From an uncultured Candidatus Saccharibacteria bacterium (GTDB lineage Bacteria > Patescibacteriota > Saccharimonadia > Saccharimonadales > JAGQNJ01): a stretch of 64,000 nt of DNA. A program made the position numbers and the translations under genes. The stretch is from positions 4,132 to 68,131 of the forward strand of contig CAZEED010000005.1 of assembly GCA_964510945.1 (NCBI GenBank), given 5' to 3'. Below the pieces are notes generated by a model that saw nothing but the letters and a program-made list of their open reading frames with translations, searched no databases and had not been told where the DNA came from. Of the stretch, positions 56,824-64,000 are shown piece by piece (the stretch's first letter is position 1; each line of letters begins with the position of its first letter).

Positions 56824-59184
56824 CTATGAAATCTTTTTTTCTAATTTATTAATATCCAGCGTGGTTTTAACCACTGTATCTGGCGCCAGCGAAATACTAT
56901 CAATCCCAGCTTCCACCAGAAAACGAGCAAATTGAGGGTAATCCGACGGGGCTTGCCCGCATAAACCTATTTTTGTTTTGGTACGTTTGGCAACTTTTAT
57001 TACCTGTGTAATGAGCGCCTTAACAGCATCGTTATTCTCATCATAGATATGAGCAACCGTGCTATTATCCCTGTCAACTCCAAGAGTTAACTGCGTAAGA
57101 TCGTTACTACCAATCGAAAAGCCATCAAACAACTCTGCAAACTGCTCGGCCAAGATGACATTAGACGGTATCTCGACCATCACATATAACTCAAAACCAT
57201 TGTCTCCTTGTTTTAACCCTGTACTTTCCATGACTTTAATCACATTTTTTGCCTCAGTAATATCTCGACAAAATGGCACCATAGCTTTTACATTGGTTAA
57301 GCCAAGCTCATTTCTAACTTTTAAGAATGCTAGACATTCTAGTTTAAAGGCCTCTCGATATGCATCGCTGTAATATCGGCTTGCCCCACGCCAACCTATC
57401 ATAGGATTATTCTCTTGAGGCTCAAAATTCTTACCGCCTATTAAATTAGCATACTCATTAGTCTTAAAATCGCTAAACCTGATGATTACATCATTTGGAT
57501 AAAATGCCGCACCAATCACAGCAATACCCTCGGCTAATTTATCGATAAAATATTGAGCTTTATTTTTATAACCTTTGGTAAGCTTCTCAATTTCGTTTTT
57601 TGCATGTTCGTCCTCTAGTTGATCAAACTTGAGTAACGCCATTGGGTGAATCTTGATATGAGAATCGATAATAAACTCTTCTCTTGCTAGACCCACTCCG
57701 TCGTTAGGAATCAAAGAATAGGCAAAGGCGTGGTCTGGCGAGCCGATATTCATCATTATCTTGGTCTTTGGTCGAGCCAAATTCTTGATATCAGTCTTAT
57801 TGACTTTATACTCTAGCTCTCCTTCATAAATATAGCCCTCATCGCCCTCAGCACAACTAACCGTGACACTAGATTTGTCGGCAATTTTACGGGTAGCATC
57901 CGCTGTACCAACTACACATGGGATTCCCAGTTCTCGGGACACAATAGCGGCGTGGCAAGTTCGGCCACCCTTATCAGTCACGATGGCGCTAGCTTTTTTC
58001 ATTATCGCCACCCAATCAGGATCTGTCATCTCTGTCACCAAGACATCGCCTTCTTTAAATGACGCAATATCCTTAAGGTTCATTATCTTGCTGGCTTTAC
58101 CAACACCAATCTTACTACCAACACTAGAGCCTTTTGATAAAATCTTTCCTTTTTCAACCAACTGATATTCTTCGATTATATTATTATCTTTTTGAGATTG
58201 AACCGTCTCTCCACGTGCTTGGACAACATATAATTTATTGTCGTCTTCGTCCAATGCCCACTCGATATCCATATGATGACCATAATGTTGTTCTATTGCC
58301 ATGCCCCAATTGGCTAGTGTAATAGCTTCGTCGTCAGTTATAGAATATCGCTCTTGGTCTTCTTTAGAGACTGGGGTATTTTTTGTTTTGCTGCCAAAAG
58401 CTGGTACCATCTTTTCTTTTTTTGTGCCCACCTTCTTTTTTATTATCTTCATAGTGGGTTTAAAAATAGTAAACTCATCTGGACTAACTCGCCCCTGAAC
58501 AATATTTTCACCAATGCCATATATCGAACTAATAACAATAGCGTTTTCAAAACCAGACTCAGTATCAACGGTAAACATAATGCCGGCAGCCCTAGAGCGA
58601 ACAGCAACCATCTGCTGAACACCAACAGACAATGCTACTTTCATATGTTCGAAATTATTTTCTACTCGGTAAACAATTGCACGATCATTAAAAAGCGATG
58701 CGATACATTTTTTAGTAGCTTTTAGCACGTTACGCTCGCCTTTAATGTTCAGGTAAGTCTCTTGTTGACCAGCAAAGGACGCGTTAGGCAAATCTTCAGC
58801 AGTGGCTGATGATCTGATAGCAACTACTAGATTTTTTTTGCCACATTTTTGACTGAGTTCTTTATAACCACGCCTAATTTCGTCTTCAAAATCTTTAGGG
58901 AACTTGGACTTTATTATTAAATTCCTGATTTTTGATCCTCTAGCTTTTAAATCATTAATGTTCTTAACATCAAGACCAGCTAAAATATCTTCGACTTGCT
59001 GACGTATCCCCACAGAATCCAAAAAATAATAATAACTTTCGGCGGTCGTAGCTAACCCATTAGGCAGATTTACTCCCTTCGGAGCGAGGTGACTATGCAT
59101 TTCGCCAAGCGAGGCGTTTTTTCCACCAACTTGCGGTATATCATCTATAGAAATGTCTTCAAAAAATTTTACGTATTTATACAT
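56824..59184 (-). CDS. ppsA: Phosphoenolpyruvate synthase (pyruvate, water dikinase)
   Basis: N-terminus VGGKNASLGEM. Phosphohistidine region GGRTCHAAIVSRELGIP. C-terminal PEP-utilising TIM domain. Confidence 0.95.
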   Translation of the reverse strand: MYKYVKFFEDISIDDIPQVGGKNASLGEMHSHLAPKGVNLPNGLATTAESYYYFLDSVGIRQQVEDILAGLDVKNINDLKARGSKIRNLIIKSKFPKDFEDEIRRGYKELSQKCGKKNLVVAIRSSATAEDLPNASFAGQQETYLNIKGERNVLKATKKCIASLFNDRAIVYRVENNFEHMKVALSVGVQQMVAVRSRAAGIMFTVDTESGFENAIVISSIYGIGENIVQGRVSPDEFTIFKPTMKIIKKKVGTKKEKMVPAFGSKTKNTPVSKEDQERYSITDDEAITLANWGMAIEQHYGHHMDIEWALDEDDNKLYVVQARGETVQSQKDNNIIEEYQLVEKGKILSKGSSVGSKIGVGKASKIMNLKDIASFKEGDVLVTEMTDPDWVAIMKKASAIVTDKGGRTCHAAIVSRELGIPCVVGTADATRKIADKSSVTVSCAEGDEGYIYEGELEYKVNKTDIKNLARPKTKIMMNIGSPDHAFAYSLIPNDGVGLAREEFIIDSHIKIHPMALLKFDQLEDEHAKNEIEKLTKGYKNKAQYFIDKLAEGIAVIGAAFYPNDVIIRFSDFKTNEYANLIGGKNFEPQENNPMIGWRGASRYYSDAYREAFKLECLAFLKVRNELGLTNVKAMVPFCRDITEAKNVIKVMESTGLKQGDNGFELYVMVEIPSNVILAEQFAELFDGFSIGSNDLTQLTLGVDRDNSTVAHIYDENNDAVKALITQVIKVAKRTKTKIGLCGQAPSDYPQFARFLVEAGIDSISLAPDTVVKTTLDINKLEKKIS

Positions 59185-59336
59185 TAATCGACACCTTGTT
59201 TATGCTTATAATAATATCATGCTTCAACAATATTGTCGGTATGCCAATGTGTTAGATACATTTGTTAGCATTATTTTACATTCTGATTAAAAAAGGCATA
59301 TAATCATAACCATTAATAAATAAGTAGGAAATATAA

Positions 59337-59696
59337 ATGGCAAAAACAAAAAAACAAAAATCAATGTTCACACCGTTTCGTATATCAGTAGGTCTAAACA
59401 TCCTACTATCAATTATCGTGATTGCAGGTGTCGGCGGATACTTGTATCTAAAAAATGCCTATAATAACGGCGAACAATTTGTCGCTGAATGGGGCACGGT
59501 GGCTACGCAAAATTATTGTTCTAACGCAGATCAAATACAAAAGAACAAATCAGAATTTGTAGGCTATCCTACTGACCAAGATAAGAAAAGAGCATTCCTG
59601 GCACTAAATACACTTTGTGACAGCGATGGCACATGGGGCCCATACTACCAAAAAGCCCTAACCGATTACTACAAAGACAACGGCGTCGATTACTGA
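59337..59696 (+). CDS. Hypothetical membrane-anchored protein (119 aa)
   Basis: Lys-rich N-terminus, one TM segment, small Cys-containing ectodomain. AGGAAA upstream. Confidence 0.55.
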   Translation: MAKTKKQKSMFTPFRISVGLNILLSIIVIAGVGGYLYLKNAYNNGEQFVAEWGTVATQNYCSNADQIQKNKSEFVGYPTDQDKKRAFLALNTLCDSDGTWGPYYQKALTDYYKDNGVDY

Positions 59697-59759
59697 AATA
59701 TTAGTCTATTTGGATATAAAAGTCTTAAAAATCGCTAAGGTAATACTTTTAGCGTCTAT

Positions 59760-60389
59760 TTAAACCAATAATCCTAGATCTAAAAATGGCCGCCTTAATG
59801 ATTCTGTTTTAAAATCATTGTATTTTCCTTGACTGATTTCACCCATAAGGTTAGTTCCAGAGGCTACATCAGCAACGGTTGACGTAACCCAGTATGATGA
59901 TGTATTAAAATTTGCATATGCCGTTTGTATGCAACCAACACCAGAAGACCCATAATATTGTTCGTATTTATCACTCTCAACTAAATCTAACACACCACAT
60001 CTCGGTCCAAAATATCCAGGATAGGTGGAGTCCAACCCAACAACATCGATTGAATGCGTAACTCTATCTGTGTCTACAAATTGCCCCCAAGTTAAGCACA
60101 TGATTAGATCTGTCTCTTGAGGCTCTGGCTCGGGTGGAGTAAATACAGTTACAACATGATCTAAGTGAATTTCTCTTCCAGCAAATATACCTAACCCTTG
60201 CGCAACTTTAACTGCGATCTCCGAGAGCTCACCACACAATGATTGTTCTACTAATAATCGGGGAGTCGACCCCTTATTTTGATCTATTGGATTAGCTAAT
60301 GGGGTCTTTGGCAACCTATCAAATGACTCAACCATAATTCCGTTTAAAACATCGGTGTCATCAAGACCAATCACTTCAAACTTATTCAT
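59760..60389 (-). CDS. Hypothetical protein (209 aa), probably leaderless mRNA
   Basis: Intact ORF. The promoter is positioned so the predicted TSS coincides with the A of the ATG. No recognisable domain. Confidence 0.6.
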   Translation of the reverse strand: MNKFEVIGLDDTDVLNGIMVESFDRLPKTPLANPIDQNKGSTPRLLVEQSLCGELSEIAVKVAQGLGIFAGREIHLDHVVTVFTPPEPEPQETDLIMCLTWGQFVDTDRVTHSIDVVGLDSTYPGYFGPRCGVLDLVESDKYEQYYGSSGVGCIQTAYANFNTSSYWVTSTVADVASGTNLMGEISQGKYNDFKTESLRRPFLDLGLLV

Positions 60390-60395
60390 AATTAT

Positions 60396-60424
60396 ATTAT
60401 ACTATTTTTTCTATGTATTTACAA
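60396..60424 (-). promoter_or_regulatory. Sigma70-type promoter (TTGTAA-17-TATAAT) giving a leaderless transcript
   Basis: On the minus strand: -35 at 60424-60419, -10 at 60401-60396. There are 6 nt between the hexamer and ATG 60389. Confidence 0.45.
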
Positions 60425-60708
60425 CTGCCATATAGACAGGTTAGCCTTTAGTTAGAGTAAGGCTAACGGCAGTAAACTCAATTCTATATATCATATTTTA
60501 CGCTAGCGAGCTTTCGTCCATGCTCGATGCAATCATCTGCGTGTGGCTTTGCTTTTCGAACTCTAGAAAAAGGGCCCTTCGACTATACTCAGAGTCATTC
60601 GACAAGAAAATAACTCATGGCGTTTGCGTACCGTGAGCTTGTCGAATGGTGATTCCTGTCGTCCTTATCTGACAGACAGGCGGGCCAAGGATAATCTATA
60701 GTTATTTC

Positions 60709-61593
60709 TTATTTCAAAAGAGGATTGGAAGCGTATTTTTTTATTGAGTCAGCAATGCTGGAAGATATGGACTCTCTAAACAAAGTACCGCGGGGGTTGG
60801 CAATCTCAATTACATAATCAGCCCCATGTTCCGCTAATCGAATTATCATTGTCTTGTCATGATATACCATTTTTGACTCTGGCATAGGGCCTTTATATGT
60901 TAGTTTTTTTGGAGCTTCCAACATACTTGGATTAACGTCGTTCTTGATTACCAAATCTGCCGTTAACTTCATAGGCAGACACAGATCTAAATATGCCTTG
61001 GCCACATGCGTAAAATACTGATTAACGACAGTTTCAAAATCTGCTACCTTTTTTTCTGTAATATTTCTATTCAGGCGAAGCACAAAACTATGGAAAAAGT
61101 TTGCCTGCATAAAGATCTTCTCGTTTACTAATTTCTCAAAGCCCTGTGCCCAAGCAAATAACCCTTCAATAATTAGCACCTTTTTCTGAGATGCTAGTCC
61201 TTCGAAGCCAATTTGTGTAGATTGAGTTGGCATATGACTACCCAGTGTATAGGCCAAGAAAGAAGCCTTATGACCTTGGAGTACGGACTCGGCAACTGAA
61301 TAGGCTTCATCTAAACGAAAATTTGCGGGATCATCCCATTTATAGAGCGAGATATGTTTGTCCTTAAATCCCTTACCAATAGCAAAATCATCTTGGTGCA
61401 AAATTACACAGTCAAAATCACAATTACGCAGTTCTTTGCAAAGTAAATCACTAAACCAGCTTTTACCACTAGCCGAACCACCTGCAATACCAATCACATA
61501 TGTTTTTTTATCCGATTCTTTAACCTTATTAATAATCTGTGTGATGTGTGTATTCATGATAGTATCTATTTTCGTCCATACCGACTGGTCCAT
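60709..61593 (-). CDS. P-loop kinase of the uridine kinase / phosphoribulokinase (PRK) family
   Basis: VIGIAGGSASGKSW Walker A, ILHQDDF, WDDPANF, VLIIEGLFAW. The spacing matches Udk/PRK-family kinases. Confidence 0.75.
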   Translation of the reverse strand: MDQSVWTKIDTIMNTHITQIINKVKESDKKTYVIGIAGGSASGKSWFSDLLCKELRNCDFDCVILHQDDFAIGKGFKDKHISLYKWDDPANFRLDEAYSVAESVLQGHKASFLAYTLGSHMPTQSTQIGFEGLASQKKVLIIEGLFAWAQGFEKLVNEKIFMQANFFHSFVLRLNRNITEKKVADFETVVNQYFTHVAKAYLDLCLPMKLTADLVIKNDVNPSMLEAPKKLTYKGPMPESKMVYHDKTMIIRLAEHGADYVIEIANPRGTLFRESISSSIADSIKKYASNPLLK

Positions 61594-62539
61594 ACATATC
61601 GTGACCAGTCCTTATTAGTAACTGCTTAATAACCTCTGGGGCTTCTCTAAATAACTGGGCATTAGCAAAAAACTGGCTGCCTTTTGATGTTACTAAAATG
61701 TGAGCAAAACCCTTATGTGCATACAAGCGCCTTGCTCGCGCAAAATCCTTACGGTCATATACTGAATCACTTATTATGATTATATACTGACGATCCTGCA
61801 ATACTGCTGTATCGGGACCATAATACCCATGTGCATAATTCTCGATATCCTTGATTGAAGCATTTATACCTGCGCCTTCGCGAAGCATAATTGTCCATAA
61901 CTCGGCAGCAAATGACACATCAGCCGAATAAAGAACAATAGTTTGTTTGCGGGGATCCAAGGCTTTAGCCACGTTTTTAGCCATTTTTAAATCAGGAATC
62001 TTAGTTGGTATCTTTGCTGGACCATCGCTACATAGCGACTCAACGGCTAACAATGATGTTAATGGACTAATTGGTCGACAAAAGATTTTTTCTTTCAATG
62101 GCGGGACAATAATTGCCAAGTCCGCCTGACTGACTGCATCTGGATTACCACTAATAACTATTGTTTTACAGCTCTTCTTTTTAGCTTTGTCGCGAATAAT
62201 AAGTGCGTCAGCTCGATTAAAACCATGGCTCACTATTATCACTAAATCTTCATAATCATAATTTTGGTCAATAGTACGGATTGCTTTCGCTGTCGGCATA
62301 TAGTAAATGGGTTTTTTTGTATAATTGCCCTGTAGTCTACTGGCAAAATATTGAGCCACAGGTAACGAAGTGCCGGTACCTGTCACTAAAATCCTGTTTG
62401 CCTTGTAAATAATATCCTTGAATTTCTGACGATCAGTATCGGACACGCTGACTTGCTTCGTGTAATCGTCAATCTTGGATAACAAGTCGATAAATAATTG
62501 TGTTGAATCGTTATACGTCATCAGTTGTCGCAACTCCAT
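61529..62539 (-). CDS. Double SIS-domain phosphosugar isomerase/binding protein
   Basis: ILVTGTGTSLPVAQY and LVIIVSHGFN..TIVISG (SIS 1), followed by a second SIS-like half. The ORF overlaps both neighbours. Confidence 0.8.
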   Translation of the reverse strand: MELRQLMTYNDSTQLFIDLLSKIDDYTKQVSVSDTDRQKFKDIIYKANRILVTGTGTSLPVAQYFASRLQGNYTKKPIYYMPTAKAIRTIDQNYDYEDLVIIVSHGFNRADALIIRDKAKKKSCKTIVISGNPDAVSQADLAIIVPPLKEKIFCRPISPLTSLLAVESLCSDGPAKIPTKIPDLKMAKNVAKALDPRKQTIVLYSADVSFAAELWTIMLREGAGINASIKDIENYAHGYYGPDTAVLQDRQYIIIISDSVYDRKDFARARRLYAHKGFAHILVTSKGSQFFANAQLFREAPEVIKQLLIRTGHDMYGPVGMDENRYYHEYTHHTDY

Positions 62540-63983
62540 TATATCGGTTAGCAGTGTCCATAGCTATAACTTTAGTAAAACTTTGATCTTGAGGGAGAAT
62601 GTGAACAACACCAACTGCACCCGTAAAGTCAGGGTGAAAATAATTTGCTACCGGTCGAGCTTGCTCGGCAGCTTGACCAATATTATGCTTTACGCCGGCC
62701 TTTTGTTGAACATGATGCATAATCACTCGGGTAGGATCAATCTCAACCACTGCAAAGTTAACCATATCGGCACCAAGTTCACGAACCCGATTCACAACTC
62801 GTTGCAGTGTCTGTCCGCTATTGGAATTATCTTCACAAATAACTACTTTCTCGTCTTGGACAGCAGGCAACCCCACGGCCTCATCGATAGTCGCTTGATT
62901 TACTGGCGCAACGCGATCTTTTGACCACATCGATAATCCATTATGAACCGATATTGGATAGTTTATGACACGGGTATCATGATTATGGAGTTGACGATAA
63001 AACAACTGGCTAACCTTAGCCAACTCGACCCCGCCGCTAGTTAGACCAACAAGCACGGTTGTTTCAGGGTATTGAACGCAAAGATAGTTAGCCCGGGCTG
63101 CAATTAGCAAAGCGTTGTCGTCTTCGGGTGACTTGAAGGTTGGGACAATATTCCTCATCTGACAAAAATCACTATAATCATCAATAATATCCAGACCTTC
63201 TCTTATCTCGGTTAGCAAACTCTCTCGATCATATTCTAGTCCCAGCATATGTGAATATTGAAGGACGACCGCCCGTTCATATACACCTTCAAGTTTTTCA
63301 GTAATAAATTTATAGGTTGCATTATCATCACCCTCTAGGACAGTAGCACCTTCTTCGCGCCATCGATTAATAGCCGATAAATACAAGGCTTGCAAATTAC
63401 CTCGCAAGTTATCTTCCACACCTAAAAGTGCAAGGTGTTCATTTTGATTAGTTGCTGATACTTGTTCTATGGTTGATAGAGCGGTTTCGGCTTCATGCTT
63501 ACTGAAGACTAATTGTCTCACACCATCACCCTTTAGCTCGTGAATATACTGACGATAATATAGTGGTCCACGAGATGATACATGCCCATTTTCATCACGA
63601 GTTCGATTTTGAGTAAAGTATGATCGAAGCTGAGCACCATTATCAGTATCGGAATCTAATTCTGGCAATATTATGGCGCCACTCGCCTCATTAAATATAT
63701 GGTGATAGTCGGGTAATGTGGTCACGGAAAACTCTGATGCTGGTTGAGCGAAGCGGTCAGAAAAGTTATGCCAAATAGCCGGGACATAAGACATTACCTG
63801 ATCGGCCCCCGCATGAACAACCTGGTAAACCGCGTCGTCACAGGGATCTAAACAGATTGTTTCTTGGTCAGGATTGCATTCGTGAGCTGAAGGTGGCTTA
63901 TCAACCATAAAACTAATATGCCTACGATACTGTGGTCGGTTTAATTCTAGGTGATTCTTTAAGGCATCAAAGCCATCTATCAC
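62511..63983 (-). CDS. Hypothetical protein with unknown N-terminal half and C-terminal type I PRTase-like domain
   Basis: C-terminal TTVLVGLTSGGVELAKV and the PRPP-loop-like KVVICEDNSNSGQTLQRV. The N-terminal ~300 aa are unrecognised. Confidence 0.6.
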   Translation of the reverse strand: MIDGFDALKNHLELNRPQYRRHISFMVDKPPSAHECNPDQETICLDPCDDAVYQVVHAGADQVMSYVPAIWHNFSDRFAQPASEFSVTTLPDYHHIFNEASGAIILPELDSDTDNGAQLRSYFTQNRTRDENGHVSSRGPLYYRQYIHELKGDGVRQLVFSKHEAETALSTIEQVSATNQNEHLALLGVEDNLRGNLQALYLSAINRWREEGATVLEGDDNATYKFITEKLEGVYERAVVLQYSHMLGLEYDRESLLTEIREGLDIIDDYSDFCQMRNIVPTFKSPEDDNALLIAARANYLCVQYPETTVLVGLTSGGVELAKVSQLFYRQLHNHDTRVINYPISVHNGLSMWSKDRVAPVNQATIDEAVGLPAVQDEKVVICEDNSNSGQTLQRVVNRVRELGADMVNFAVVEIDPTRVIMHHVQQKAGVKHNIGQAAEQARPVANYFHPDFTGAVGVVHILPQDQSFTKVIAMDTANRYNGVATTDDV

Positions 63984-64000
63984 TACGCTATCGCCTATTA

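Overview
AT-rich, very gene-dense bacterial chromosomal segment read with the standard genetic code. It holds about 60 CDS, mostly on the minus strand, with many 1-4 nt junctions or overlaps. The gene content suggests a small-genome CPR/Patescibacteria organism, plausibly Saccharibacteria-like; this is inference only. Supporting features are compact aminoacyl-tRNA synthetases, many small membrane proteins, an RRM protein, cell-wall hydrolases and a glycolytic block with little biosynthesis.

Housekeeping genes recognised from motifs: uvrC, trhO, uvrA, pheA, sbcB, obg, mltG, ruvX, ftsA, alaS, mnmA, a cysteine desulfurase, tatD, metG, a GH37 trehalase, typA, rsmA, an RpfB-like wall protein, pcrA, tpiA, pgk, pyk, ppsA, rplY(ctc) and an MsbA-like ABC exporter.

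Non-CDS and embedded features:
- A clear tmRNA (ssrA) at 45753-46140 (-).
- A 361-aa intein splitting helicase motif III of PcrA.
- A SAM-I-like riboswitch at about 8063-8209 (-).
- A terminator with a perfect 15-nt competing antiterminator and a 10-codon uORF (7041-7120).
- Two copies of a 96-nt structured repeat with compensatory changes (47192-47287 and 53797-53892).

Most interesting candidate system (5.6-8.2 kb, minus strand): riboswitch, two unknown small proteins, attenuator, an 80-aa Trp-tailed protein, then a translationally coupled single-chain PheS-like ligase fused to an FDX-ACB domain (the architecture of mitochondrial PheRS).

Second candidate: a PRTase-like / SIS / Udk-PRK-like kinase operon at the right edge, with a highly structured downstream intergenic region.

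No rRNA, tRNA, CRISPR array, transposase or integrase was seen.
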